60,206 nucleotides of DNA, filler included, from 9 parts of 9 records of this genome joined end to end with filler, not necessarily neighbours in it; one strand, 5' to 3'; positions 1-9,826 are shown, counted from the first letter of the whole stretch. Notes: generated by a model not told the origin, from the sequence alone. Translations and numbers: made by a program.

Positions 1-564
1 ATGGTTGAACAGGATGCCGTTGCAGGCATAGATATCGTAGGCTTCCCTGTAATTGACCGTAATCCAATATGCATAGAGTTTAGCCACGGCATAAGGAGAG
101 CGGGGATAGAACGGTGTCTGTTCCGTTTGAGGAACCTCTTGCACCAACCCATACAATTCAGACGTGGAAGCCTGGTAAAACCTTGTTTGTTTCTGCAGCC
201 CCAGCATTCGAATCGCCTCGAGAATCCGCAGGGCGCCAAGACCGTCTGCGTTGGCCGTATATTCAGGCTCTTCAAAAGAGACGGCCACGTGAGACTGCGC
301 AGCCAGATTGTAAATTTCATGGGGCTTGATTTTTGCGATCACGTTAATGAGACTCGGTGCATCGGTCAAATCGCCGTAATGCAGGATGAATTGCCGTTTT
401 TCCTCATGCGGGTCTTGGTAGAGATGATCGATCCTGTCCGTGTTGAAAAGCGACGTCCTTCTTTTAATCCCATGAACTTCGTAGCCTTTGTTCAGTAAAA
501 ATTCGGCGAGATAGGCACCGTCTTGCCCGGTGACACCAGTTATTAATGCGCGTTTTTTTCCCAT
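1..564 (-). CDS. gmd: GDP-mannose 4,6-dehydratase (3' end cut by window edge)
   Basis: Manual minus-strand translation from ATG 564: [49 protein letters not shown]...[43 protein letters not shown] upstream. Absent from the ORF track, which shows only its antisense shadow. Confidence 0.97.
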   Translation of the reverse strand, partial: MGKKRALITGVTGQDGAYLAEFLLNKGYEVHGIKRRTSLFNTDRIDHLYQDPHEEKRQFILHYGDLTDAPSLINVIAKIKPHEIYNLAAQSHVAVSFEEPEYTANADGLGALRILEAIRMLGLQKQTRFYQASTSELYGLVQEVPQTEQTPFYPRSPYAVAKLYAYWITVNYREAYDIYACNGILFNH

Positions 565-574
565 TATGACTCCT

Positions 575-1521
575 CTATTCTTTAAAAACTATAGGAGAAT
601 TTTTCAAATCATTTACCTCATTTTCTGCACGGACCCGGACGACATCACCATTTTTAAGCTTCTGTTCATCCCTGAGATCAAAGCGATATCCGATTCGTCC
701 TGTCGGATGAATATTTTTCTCCATCAGTGCGGTACGTAATATATTGGCCGTCGTAACAGCGACCTTTCTATCGTTTACAAACAGCTCCACGTTGATGGGC
801 ATTTCATTATATACGGCTCTGTTTCATCCTTTGACACACTGCTTTTCTATCCTTCCAAGAACCCCCGGGCCTTTGTATTTCTTGAGAGGTCCAGATAATC
901 GGATGGATTGGGGCGGATAAAGTCGATTGCCGCCTGCAATTGATCTTCGGATGGCTCCAAACCCAAAAAATCACAGGTAGATCGAATGAAGACCTCTCTT
1001 TCCGGCAGCACTTTATCGTATGCCAAGAGCATGGCAACCGGCTTTCTTTTATGGATAAAATCTATAATTTTGCCCAATTGACGATAGACACTTTGCATGT
1101 TCTTGATCAAATCCGCCTGCATGGAAATTCTGTTTCTGTTGGCGACGGAAAAAATATCCTTGAAAACGAAAATATAAAAGGGGTTGGGAAAAATGTCATT
1201 CACAACGCCCAAATAGTCCACCGACGATGGCCGCTTCCATCCCCAGACAGGGTACTCGCTCGTATAACGGGTAATCAAATCACGTGCAGCATCGTAATTT
1301 TCCGTTTCCAAGGTACGGCTTAGTTCGACATCTTCATAAACCGGTGGCCCTGCCTTCCCCATAAATACGCCGAGATGGTATAGCGCACCGGCCGCGAGAG
1401 AGGTCCCGCTTCTCGCAACACCGGACACGATGATTTGTTTCTTGGGCCCCTTTGTTTCAATGCGGTCCTGATTGATGAAATGGATGCCGGTGTTGACTAA
1501 CGATTCAAAGTTCTCAAGCAT
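575..1521 (-). CDS. Sulfotransferase-fold protein; C-terminal accessory domain separated by a frameshift (~850) and an in-frame TGA (826-824)
   Basis: ORF 847-1521 has [12 protein letters not shown] (5'-PSB-like) and WGWKRP. After a one-base shift it reads [26 protein letters not shown] into ORF 575-802, which resembles the C-terminal domain of 2440-3459. Confidence 0.7.
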
Positions 1522-1535
1522 AGATGACCAAAATA

Positions 1536-1570
1536 GGTTCTGGGTTTAAGGTTCAGGATTCAGGAATTAA
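1536..1570 (+). repeat. Degenerate heptamer tandem repeat, 5 units
   Basis: GGTTCTG GGTTTAA GGTTCAG GATTCAG GAATTAA read directly from the sequence. Confidence 0.55.
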
Positions 1571-1621
1571 AAGCCATCTGAATAAATTTCAAAATCTAAT
1601 CTCAAACAACATCCAAATTAT

Positions 1622-2026
1622 TCATTTGGCCCAATTTTCCAATTTCAACCCGGCAATCCTTTCAAATTCTTTGGTGTTGTTGCTCACCAACATCAATCCC
1701 CTCGATCTTGCCAAACCTGCAATAAGGAGATCATAGGGTCCAATCGGCGTTCCCAGCTCTTCAAGTTGAGCGCGAATGGCAGCCGATTCTAAGGCAGAAA
1801 ACCGGTCTATCGGAATAAGATTCAGGGGTACAAGAAATTTTGAAAGGGCATTTTCCGATCGTTTCCGATGCTGACTCTTTTCAACACCATATTGTAACTC
1901 GCATAGAGTAATAGTGGATATCGCAACATCCTTCGGTGAATGTTGTTTAAATCGCTCAATAACCTGCGGTGGGTGTGTTTTAATCAGGTAAATGCAAATA
2001 TCAGTATCGAGCAAATATCGAATCAA
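1622..2026 (-). CDS. vapC: VapC PIN-domain toxin
   Basis: YLLDTDICIY...ELQYGVEKS...IGPYDLLIAGLA...LVSNNTKEFERIAGLKLENW; overlaps the vapB stop. Confidence 0.95.
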   Translation of the reverse strand: MIRYLLDTDICIYLIKTHPPQVIERFKQHSPKDVAISTITLCELQYGVEKSQHRKRSENALSKFLVPLNLIPIDRFSALESAAIRAQLEELGTPIGPYDLLIAGLARSRGLMLVSNNTKEFERIAGLKLENWAK

Positions 2027-2253
2027 AGGGAATCCCTGTTTTGCATCTCAGGTTGTTTACGGCCCTCCTCCATGAAATCTTCGGGAAAGTCACACAAAGC
2101 GTCAATCAATGAATCCCATGTATTTTCAATTGGCTCAAGAACGATTTGATTACCTCTTTTAAATATTTTGACCTCCTTACCCGGAAGTCGGAATGCTTTG
2201 GGCAACCTCACCGCCTGTGAGCTACCATTTTGAAATAACTTTGCGGTTTCCAT
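2023..2253 (-). CDS. vapB: VapB antitoxin (AbrB/MazE fold)
   Basis: METAKLFQNGSSQAVRLPKAFRLPG; GGGGAG RBS before ATG 2253. Confidence 0.95.
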   Translation of the reverse strand: METAKLFQNGSSQAVRLPKAFRLPGKEVKIFKRGNQIVLEPIENTWDSLIDALCDFPEDFMEEGRKQPEMQNRDSL

Positions 2254-2273
2254 TTTATCTCCCCCTCTCAAAA

Positions 2274-2294
2274 ATATATACTATTTATATATAT
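2274..2294. promoter_or_regulatory. AT-rich imperfect palindrome, candidate VapBC autoregulatory operator
   Basis: ATATATACTATTTATATATAT about 20 bp upstream of vapB. Confidence 0.4.
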
Positions 2295-2339
2295 TAATTT
2301 GAGCAAAGTCAACGCATTGGCCCCATTATAATCAGCGGG

Positions 2340-2430
2340 TTGTCAGCAAACGCCTACGGCGCAACCTGACCTACGGGTAAAGGATTGAACGCTGTAGGTC
2401 AAGGTGGGAGTAAAACGAGTTGTCTGACAA
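2340..2430. repeat. Inverted pair of degenerate GTAG-type REP-like elements
   Basis: Minus 2374-2340 is GTAGGTCAGGTTGCGCCGTAGGCGTTTGCTGACAA; plus 2394-2430 is GTAGGTCAAGGTGGGAGTAAAACGAGTTGTCTGACAA. Both begin GTAGGTCA and end CTGACAA. Confidence 0.55.
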
Positions 2431-2439
2431 AAAGTTTCA

Positions 2440-3459
2440 TCATTGTTCAGACCGGCCAAAGGTCGGCTGCGGAACTGGCTTCTTTCCATTTATAAGCTTG
2501 GTTTGGTCAATGACCGTCTTCCCCACAACCTGGTCGCTCTTTTTTTCACGGAATTCAATGATGTCACCGTCATTAACCCCCATACCTTTCAAATCGAAAA
2601 GAATGCCGCCGTTGCCGGATCGCTTTATACCGGCTTTTCTAAGGTCGCGTCGATAACGGTTGGCCAGCGTGTGCCCCACGATTTCTCCGTTAATAAAAAT
2701 AGAAATCTCAACAGGAATTTCCCTGTCCCGATTCACGGCCCAGCCGACAATTTTGCCTTTTCGCACGCCGCCCACTTTGCCGGCAAAACAATTTTTCCGT
2801 TTTGGAGCCAACTGCCGGCAAAGGGTATCTTCGAAACGTGATGTTACTGATGCATAGAGTTCAATATCCGCTGAATTCAGGGACCGTATCAAATCGGCAT
2901 CCTTGGCACGAATCGAATGCTTTTCATCAACTTTCTCTTTACCCAGATTTTTTTTCAATAGCGGAATGTCCGTGTCGAAGATTTCATTGATCCGTTTGAG
3001 GGAACGTTCATACTGCTCCGTAAGTCCAACGAATGCCATGTTCTCGATACCAATCTTTTTGACAAACTTGGATTGGCGATTGATCTGCCCCGGACGTTTG
3101 CAGAAAACATTCAGAGAATCCTTCAACCCGTTGATCCGGACCGCGTGTTTATACTCGGAAACGACTCGCTGAACCGGATCGCGGAGGAATGTCACAAAAG
3201 TTCCTTTATCAAAATAGGGCAGATATCTCTCCGATGGGAAATGCCCGGCAATCAATTTGATGTTCCTGGCACTTACCTTCTTCCTGAAGGTTTCAAAGTC
3301 CTTACGCTTATGAATCAAGTTGTTTATCATCGGTGATGTTGCGACTACATCTTTACCGTAGTCCCGCAGTTCATGTTTCAAACCGAAATATTGACTGGCC
3401 CCGAGCCTGAAACTGGTTCCTGCGGTCTTGGGAATGTGGATGAAAATCATCGGAAACAT
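2440..3459 (-). CDS. Sulfotransferase family 2 protein with C-terminal accessory beta-domain
   Basis: IFIHIPKTAGTSF (5'-PSB) and FLRDPVQRVVSEY (3'-PB) motifs. Confidence 0.85.
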   Translation of the reverse strand: MFPMIFIHIPKTAGTSFRLGASQYFGLKHELRDYGKDVVATSPMINNLIHKRKDFETFRKKVSARNIKLIAGHFPSERYLPYFDKGTFVTFLRDPVQRVVSEYKHAVRINGLKDSLNVFCKRPGQINRQSKFVKKIGIENMAFVGLTEQYERSLKRINEIFDTDIPLLKKNLGKEKVDEKHSIRAKDADLIRSLNSADIELYASVTSRFEDTLCRQLAPKRKNCFAGKVGGVRKGKIVGWAVNRDREIPVEISIFINGEIVGHTLANRYRRDLRKAGIKRSGNGGILFDLKGMGVNDGDIIEFREKKSDQVVGKTVIDQTKLINGKKPVPQPTFGRSEQ

Positions 3460-3462
3460 GAA

Positions 3463-6021
3463 TTACCCTATGGAAAAATCCTCTTTTACACGCGACAAGT
3501 GAGGACTGTAATATGGATCATCGGCCAAGACCTGTTTCCATTTGGTTATCATAAAACGGGTTTCACCATTAAACCGCTCAATTTTTTCGGTGGAATCCTC
3601 ACCACCGCGGCTGATGGACTCGTGGTGAATCAGTTCTGCGTAGGGTGTCCACACGTTTTTATATCCGGCCTGTGCAACTTTCAGGCAAAAATCCACATCA
3701 TTAAATGCAATGGCAAGGTTCTCTTCATCAAAACCCTTCACCCGGTCGAAAATGTTTTTCCGGACAACAAGACACGCAGCGGTTACAGCTGAAACATTTT
3801 GCAACAGCAGTAAACGGCTGAAATATCCGTAGCTGGATTTCTGAAAGTATTTATGGGAGTGGCCGGCTACGCCACCGATACCCAATATCACGCCTGCATG
3901 CTGTATTCTCCCATCCGGATAGTACAGTTTGGCCCCAACGCAGCCCCGGCCCGGTCTTATCGCATGGGAAACCATCTCCGTTAACCACTGGGGCGAAATC
4001 ACCTCGACATCATTGTTGACAAAACCGATAATGGATCCATTGGCCAGCCCGGCGCCATAGTTATTGATGGCTGAAAAATTGAACGGCCGGTCGTAGGGGA
4101 CCACCCTAATGGTCTCCCTTTGATGAATGGAGGCCAGGTAATCCAACGCCTCGGGATCCCTGCTTTGATTGTTCAGGATCAGAATTTCATAGTTGGGATA
4201 CGTGGTTTTTTCGACAATGCTTGAGATGCATCGTGATAAGACCTCAACTTCATCCCTGGTTGGTATCAAAAGGGTTACAAGGGGAGCCGGATCCGGGATG
4301 GAAAAGGTCATCCGGTAGGTGTTTGGAACAGGACCGGACGAAACAGCGGCATCCAATTTTTCTCGGCGGATATAATGTTTCAGTGCCTCGATCCCGGCAA
4401 CGGTCGTATACCCTTTCTCACCAGCACCCTGGGCCGTCGATCCTTCCGATATTCGCCAATGGTACAAGACATGAGGGATGTGGACAATTTCGTCGTCCGA
4501 TAATTGGTGAACACACTGCAACAGCAGATCAAAATCCTGGCTGCCCTCCACACCACACCTGAATCCCTTCACCCTTTTTATCAAATCGCGTTTGAAAACG
4601 CTTAGGTGGGAAATATAATTTTGAGACAGAAACAGGTCCGGATTCCACCGACTTTTAAAATGGGGGTCGCTGCGGATTCCATCCGCATCTATCTTATCCT
4701 CGTCACTGTAAAGGAGGGACGCCGAAGGGGTCTCGTTAATGGCTTTTACGACAAGATAAAGTGCATGCTCGGACAGTTCGTCGTCATGATCGAGCAGAGC
4801 GACAAAATCTCCCGTTGCCAGTTCCAAAGCACTGTTGGAGGCTTCACTGATGTGCCCGTTTTCTTTCCTGATGACAAACTTTATTCGATGATCCGCCTGT
4901 GCATAGCTTTCGAGTACCCCGGCCAGATTGGGATCCGTTGAAGCATCGTCCGCGATGCAAAGCTCCCAACGTTTGTAAGATTGGTTGATAACGGATTCGA
5001 TGCACTTGCGTAAATAGGGCTCTTTCGTATTGTATACGGGAACAAGCACTGAAATTAAAGGCGCTTGCCCAAACGCTTCAATCTTCAGTTGAATGGCATC
5101 GCGATCCTCAAACATCGGCTTTTCAACCGTCTGAATCCATTCGGCATAATTCTTAGAGGTGGTTATAAAATATTGTGCGTACACGTCATAGACAAGATCG
5201 GTAAAGGGAATGCCCTCTTTTTGTGCTCTCTGTTTGAGAACGGTCCGAATCGCGGCTACGCTTTTTCCAGTAAAATCAGTTTGGGTCGATTGAATCTTTC
5301 GAATCATCCTTTTCGCAGCAAACCATGCCGGCACCTTGGCAAAGCGCAAATGCTCGACACAGAAGACACCTTCTGTCTCCAGAGGATCAAACCGGATGTT
5401 AATCGGCGGCTTGTCAAATCGGTAAAGCCGTTTTGTCATTTGGCCGTTATGGTAAGGTAGAATAAAGCTTTGCTTTTCCGAAAAACCATCGCCGGAATCA
5501 AAATATAACCTGGCCGTTCCCTGGGGCATGGAGCCGGAAATCAACAGCTCGATCATATACCAACGACGGAAAGACCTTCGCCGATAGGGGATTAACAAGA
5601 AATATGGATCTTCTCCTGTGGAATGCCAATGTCCGCTGAGGGAAATATCCCGATCCAGGTCATTTTGTGCGTTGAACCGGAAATCGATTCTTCGGAAGAG
5701 TTCGACATCATTCAGCAGATGCTGCTCTTTTTTAAACAGATGGATTTGCACCCATGCACGAAACCGTCTCAAAGCAAGCGCAAAACGCCAGCCGGATCGA
5801 TAGCGGAGAGAATCGATACGATCCGCCTGTTTTTGAACAAGTGTCTTCAAGTAAGAAATTTCAGCGTCACGCAGAACAAGTTTTTCAACGGGATCTTCTT
5901 TTTCCAGCGACGGGGTTTGTCGTTCACTGTTCGTCTGTTGCCAGCGATTCCCCCGTCGTTGCACGATCGTGATTCCGCTTTTTTCCGGATCTTTGCCTGC
6001 TGAAGACCGTTCTGTATTCAT
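3463..6021 (-). CDS. Dual-domain glycosyltransferase family 2 (polysaccharide biosynthesis)
   Basis: ISVLVPVYNT...CIADDAS...LLDHDDEL...GSQDFDL, then a second GT2 domain TLLIPTRD...FNFSAINN...AVTAACL...AFNDVDFCL. Confidence 0.93.
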   Translation of the reverse strand: MNTERSSAGKDPEKSGITIVQRRGNRWQQTNSERQTPSLEKEDPVEKLVLRDAEISYLKTLVQKQADRIDSLRYRSGWRFALALRRFRAWVQIHLFKKEQHLLNDVELFRRIDFRFNAQNDLDRDISLSGHWHSTGEDPYFLLIPYRRRSFRRWYMIELLISGSMPQGTARLYFDSGDGFSEKQSFILPYHNGQMTKRLYRFDKPPINIRFDPLETEGVFCVEHLRFAKVPAWFAAKRMIRKIQSTQTDFTGKSVAAIRTVLKQRAQKEGIPFTDLVYDVYAQYFITTSKNYAEWIQTVEKPMFEDRDAIQLKIEAFGQAPLISVLVPVYNTKEPYLRKCIESVINQSYKRWELCIADDASTDPNLAGVLESYAQADHRIKFVIRKENGHISEASNSALELATGDFVALLDHDDELSEHALYLVVKAINETPSASLLYSDEDKIDADGIRSDPHFKSRWNPDLFLSQNYISHLSVFKRDLIKRVKGFRCGVEGSQDFDLLLQCVHQLSDDEIVHIPHVLYHWRISEGSTAQGAGEKGYTTVAGIEALKHYIRREKLDAAVSSGPVPNTYRMTFSIPDPAPLVTLLIPTRDEVEVLSRCISSIVEKTTYPNYEILILNNQSRDPEALDYLASIHQRETIRVVPYDRPFNFSAINNYGAGLANGSIIGFVNNDVEVISPQWLTEMVSHAIRPGRGCVGAKLYYPDGRIQHAGVILGIGGVAGHSHKYFQKSSYGYFSRLLLLQNVSAVTAACLVVRKNIFDRVKGFDEENLAIAFNDVDFCLKVAQAGYKNVWTPYAELIHHESISRGGEDSTEKIERFNGETRFMITKWKQVLADDPYYSPHLSRVKEDFSIG

Positions 6022-7226
6022 GGCTGTTTGCGTAGCTTTTCAGGAAATCCGCTGTAAAAAGAGCCGACGAGTTGGGTCTTTTCGATGAGAAAGGTTCTAA
6101 ATTTATTAAACAGCGATCTATCCGGGGCCTGATAGCGGCTCCAGAACCGATCGAGAGGCATACCTTTACAGGTCAGGCCCTCGATGTCGTACACCGCTTT
6201 TCCCAGCACGATTGTGGGTCTATTGTGGGTTAAGGATGAAATGCCGACCGTGCTGTTTACGGTAATCGTTCCAATGGTATGCTCCAGGCAGGTTGGCAGA
6301 TGAACATCGTGAACCGAATACACCCTCTCTTCGACACCGAGTTTCCGTGCCCGTTGCTGAATGTACCTGTTGTAATTGACACGCCCCCGATCCAAAGGGT
6401 GATGCTTGATCACCAAAAACACTTCCTTCGGGGCATAACGGTGGAAAGATTGCAATACAGCATCGATGAAGCTTTTCATATCGGGAAAATGAGAATGACA
6501 ACTGATCTGGGTATCGCCAAGCGTCTGAAGCGGTACGAAAAAAAATTTTCCTTGCAGGTCGTTTTTCAGCAGCAGTTCCACATCCCGGTCGAAAACCCGA
6601 TGACCGATTTTTCGCCAGCAGTTGCGCATTCCGAATGCCGCCTCCAGTAAAACCGAATCGCATCGATGATGTTTGTAATGGGGAAAATGCCACGAATAAA
6701 GCCGCATGAACAGATAGTGAAGGATTGTGTACAGGGTCCATTTTTCAAGGGGATGGTTTACACCTGTATCAGTGGCTGTCAAGCCATCCTCTGCAATCAC
6801 TTTTTCAGGCTGTTGGTTGTAAAAACTCGCGTCTTTCGGAATGGAACTGCGGTTGTTTACCCCTCCATTTTCAAAGGTGATGTAATGCGGTCTGACATAC
6901 CCCTCTTCAAAAACAAACACATCGACCCCGAGTCGGGTGGCGACACGAATTGCTTTTTGGTGATAAAAACGGCAATCTCCATACAGAAAAACGCTGTCTA
7001 TCTTATATTTTTCAATAAATACAGATAGGTAATCCGACCATTGATCGGGAGGATGCGTGTAACACGTGCTGTTGTCCTTGTTGGCGTAAAAAAAATCTCC
7101 CCCATTAAAACAGATCCTGAAGACGCGGGCCCCCTGCTTTCTCAAAGCTCGATCGAACTTTCGAAAAAATGGCCCCATGGGACCTTGCAACAAAAGAAAA
7201 TTTTTATTTTGACAGGTTCCGATCAT
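6018..7226 (-). CDS. kpsS: Capsule biosynthesis protein, KpsS/LipB-like beta-Kdo transferase family
   Basis: FLLLQGPMGPFF...FNGGD...FEEGYVRPHYITFE...FFVPLQ...KHHPLDRG...TVNSTVG. Confidence 0.88.
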   Translation of the reverse strand: MIGTCQNKNFLLLQGPMGPFFRKFDRALRKQGARVFRICFNGGDFFYANKDNSTCYTHPPDQWSDYLSVFIEKYKIDSVFLYGDCRFYHQKAIRVATRLGVDVFVFEEGYVRPHYITFENGGVNNRSSIPKDASFYNQQPEKVIAEDGLTATDTGVNHPLEKWTLYTILHYLFMRLYSWHFPHYKHHRCDSVLLEAAFGMRNCWRKIGHRVFDRDVELLLKNDLQGKFFFVPLQTLGDTQISCHSHFPDMKSFIDAVLQSFHRYAPKEVFLVIKHHPLDRGRVNYNRYIQQRARKLGVEERVYSVHDVHLPTCLEHTIGTITVNSTVGISSLTHNRPTIVLGKAVYDIEGLTCKGMPLDRFWSRYQAPDRSLFNKFRTFLIEKTQLVGSFYSGFPEKLRKQP

Positions 7227-7417
7227 CTATTATCTGACCATGGCATTACGCTACGGAGCACCCGACAAGGCAATCAACCCGCACGGTCCACCGCAGGCCG
7301 GGAACTGGAGGGGGGATGAAATCCCACCACCCGTTAACAAACTCGTTGATTAACATACCCCGCCAAAGAACCTCAAGATAAAAAAGATCGTAAGCATTCA
7401 CAGGGTACCGCATCTTG

Positions 7418-7517
7418 NNNNNNNNNNNNNNNNNNNNNNNNNNNNNNNNNNNNNNNNNNNNTTAATTAATTAANNNNNNNNNNNNNNNNNNNNNNNNNNN
7501 NNNNNNNNNNNNNNNNN
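7418..7517. other. Artificial contig spacer
   Basis: N44-TTAATTAATTAA-N44, stop codons in all six frames. Confidence 0.99.
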
Positions 7518-7555
7518 CTGCTTGCCGTTCCCGAAGAAATAGCACCCTGCGACTC

Positions 7556-8203
7556 TTATTTCTCCCGCAAGCCATAATTTGCGATCTTGTCGAGTACGGC
7601 CTGGATCTGCGCGTTTGTCAGAAGCGGCGGCGCGTCGGTGACCTGCAGCAGGTTCACATACATCCGGGCAAGCGTTTCGACCTCAACGGCCAGCCACATG
7701 GCCTGCGCCAGAGTCGGGCCGGTGGCGATCATACCGTGATGGCGCAACAGAATGGCCTTGCGGTTTTTGAGCCCCTGTTCGACGTGCTCCGAGAGTTCCA
7801 GCGTGCCATAGGTCGCATAGTCGACGACGGGGATGTCGGTGCCTCCGGCGACCGCAACCATGTAGTGGATAGCCGGAATGGGTTTGTTAAGGATCGAAAT
7901 GACGGTGCTGTTGAGCGCGTGGTTGTGGACCACGGCGCCGGCATCGGCACGCGCGCGATAGGAGGCAAGGTGAAAACGCCATTCGCTCGAGGGCACCACA
8001 TTGTCCGCGTAGTCGCCGTTCTCGGAGACGAAAACGAGGTCCTTGGGCTTCAGCTTGTCATAGGCGATGCCGGAGGGGGTGATAAGCATGCCGCCGCTCT
8101 GCCGGACGCTGATATTGCCGGCCGTCCCTTGGTTGAGCCCGTTGGCGTTCATTTCGAGGCAGGCGTCGATGACGCTTTGACGCAATGCGATCGTGTCGCT
8201 CAT
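7556..8203 (-). CDS. fucA: L-fuculose-phosphate aldolase (class II)
   Basis: LNQGTAGNISVR...MLITPSG...PSSEWRFH...VVHNHA...IPAIHYMVA...LLRHHG; AGGAA RBS before ATG 8203. Confidence 0.93.
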   Translation of the reverse strand: MSDTIALRQSVIDACLEMNANGLNQGTAGNISVRQSGGMLITPSGIAYDKLKPKDLVFVSENGDYADNVVPSSEWRFHLASYRARADAGAVVHNHALNSTVISILNKPIPAIHYMVAVAGGTDIPVVDYATYGTLELSEHVEQGLKNRKAILLRHHGMIATGPTLAQAMWLAVEVETLARMYVNLLQVTDAPPLLTNAQIQAVLDKIANYGLREK

Positions 8204-8232
8204 TTTGACATTCCTGTTTCGCAGAAGCCGAT

Positions 8233-8265
8233 CCGATGTGCTTTTATGCGATATGGTCACATCGG
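8233..8265. promoter_or_regulatory. Inverted repeat in the divergent fucA/fucK intergenic region, candidate operator
   Basis: CCGATGTG-N17-CACATCGG. Confidence 0.4.
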
Positions 8266-8349
8266 GCCATATGGCGTTTGGTCCGACCGGATGCACCTCC
8301 GGAGGAAACTGTCCATTCCGAATTCCCGGACCGCCGAAGAGGCAAGGCC

Positions 8350-9753
8350 ATGACTGAAGACTGCGTTATTGTCCTGGATTGCGGCAGCACCAATCTGCGC
8401 GCCGTTGCGGTGTCGGCGTCTGGCAAGATCGTCGCCCGTGCATCCGAACGAAACGCCACAACGCCTGATCGTGTCAATGCCGACTGGCATTGCTGGCCCT
8501 TCGACGAAATCCTCGAAAAGCTGTCGCGTTGCGCCCGTGCTGTCGCCTCGGAAATCGACCCGGCCAGCGTGCGCGCACTGACGGTAACGACGTTCGGCGT
8601 CGACGGCACTTTTCTCGACGCGAAAGAAGAAATGCTGTTTCCGGTCATTTCCTGGTCGTGCTCGCGTACTATCGAATCGCAGTCTCACATGTCGCGCTAT
8701 GTCGCGCCGGATCGCGCTATCGAGATCAGTGGCGTCGGACATTTCGCCTTCAACACGCTCAACAAATTCATCTGGTTTCGCGAAAACCGTTCAGATGTTC
8801 TCTCGAAGGCACGGCATTTTGTGTTCCTAAGCTCGCTCATCACTCACTGGTTGACCGGACGGCTGACCAACGACGCCACCATGATCGGCACTTCGCAGAT
8901 GGCGGATATCAAGAGCCAGGAGATGAGCGCGGAAATACTCTCCGGCCTCGGTGTGGACCAGTCGCTTTTCCCTGAGACCGTTTTTCCAGGAGACGTCATC
9001 GGATCGTTGCAGGCGGGAATTGCGGCTGATCTCGGTTTATATTCCGGTGTTCCGGTGATTTCCGCCGGCCACGATACCCAATTCGCCGTTTTCGGTGCCG
9101 GCGCGGCGGCAAACCGCCCGGTCCTGTCTTCGGGGACATGGGAGGTCCTTATGGCACGATGCCAAAGCGTAATGCTCCCCGCCGTCGAAGACTTCAGTGG
9201 CGCCCTCACTTGCGAATGGGACGTGCTAAAGGGGCATTACAATCCGGGATATCAATACCTCGCCTCGGCAGTCATCGAATGGGTGGCGCGCACCATGTTC
9301 AGCGAGCGTACCGGCGCCGCGCAGTACGAAACCATGATCGCCGAGGCCGTTGCTGCGCCGGCGGATTGTCACGGTGTCACACTCGATCCCGGCTTTCTCG
9401 CCGGAGGGGGCTGCATCGCCCACCTTTCTCTCGACGTCGATCGCGGCACGCTGTTCCGCGCGACGCTGCAAGCCCTGGCCAACCGGCTAAAAACCGGACT
9501 GGGCCTTCTCGAGAAGTTCGGCAATTTCACCGCGACCGAGTTGACGCTCGTCGGCGGAGGAGGGCGCAACCGCTTTTGGACGCAGTTGAAGGCGGATACA
9601 CTCGGTATTCCGGTAAAAACCGTCGAGGAACCGGAAACCACCGTACTCGGAGCTGCCATGTTCGCCTGCCAGGGCGCCGGGTTGTACGCCTCCGCCGAAG
9701 CCGCGCGCGACGCTTTCGCCCTCGGTTATCGCATCACCGAACCGAAAACCTAG
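8350..9753 (+). CDS. fucK: L-fuculokinase (FGGY family)
   Basis: VLDCGSTNLRA...VTTFGVDG...AGHDTQFAVFG...LSSGTWEVLM...LVGGGGRN; divergent from fucA. Confidence 0.9.
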   Translation: MTEDCVIVLDCGSTNLRAVAVSASGKIVARASERNATTPDRVNADWHCWPFDEILEKLSRCARAVASEIDPASVRALTVTTFGVDGTFLDAKEEMLFPVISWSCSRTIESQSHMSRYVAPDRAIEISGVGHFAFNTLNKFIWFRENRSDVLSKARHFVFLSSLITHWLTGRLTNDATMIGTSQMADIKSQEMSAEILSGLGVDQSLFPETVFPGDVIGSLQAGIAADLGLYSGVPVISAGHDTQFAVFGAGAAANRPVLSSGTWEVLMARCQSVMLPAVEDFSGALTCEWDVLKGHYNPGYQYLASAVIEWVARTMFSERTGAAQYETMIAEAVAAPADCHGVTLDPGFLAGGGCIAHLSLDVDRGTLFRATLQALANRLKTGLGLLEKFGNFTATELTLVGGGGRNRFWTQLKADTLGIPVKTVEEPETTVLGAAMFACQGAGLYASAEAARDAFALGYRITEPKT

Positions 9754-9808
9754 AGCGCGCCGGGTCATGGTAATGCCCCAGCTAGCCGGCGCATCCTGCC
9801 TGTTGCCA

Positions 9809-9826
9809 AATCTAAACGATTAGATT
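9809..9826. promoter_or_regulatory. LacI-family-like operator palindrome upstream of the sugar ABC operon
   Basis: AATCTAAACGATTAGATT, near-perfect dyad with central AAACG.TT, just after a TTGCCA -35-like hexamer. Confidence 0.55.

Noticed and set aside
1-498. Plus-strand 165 aa ORF
   Set aside because: Antisense shadow of gmd.
824-826. TGA recoded as Trp or Sec
   Set aside because: Neighbouring genes on the same contig stop at TGA, the site is a Trp position rather than Cys, and it sits beside another lesion.
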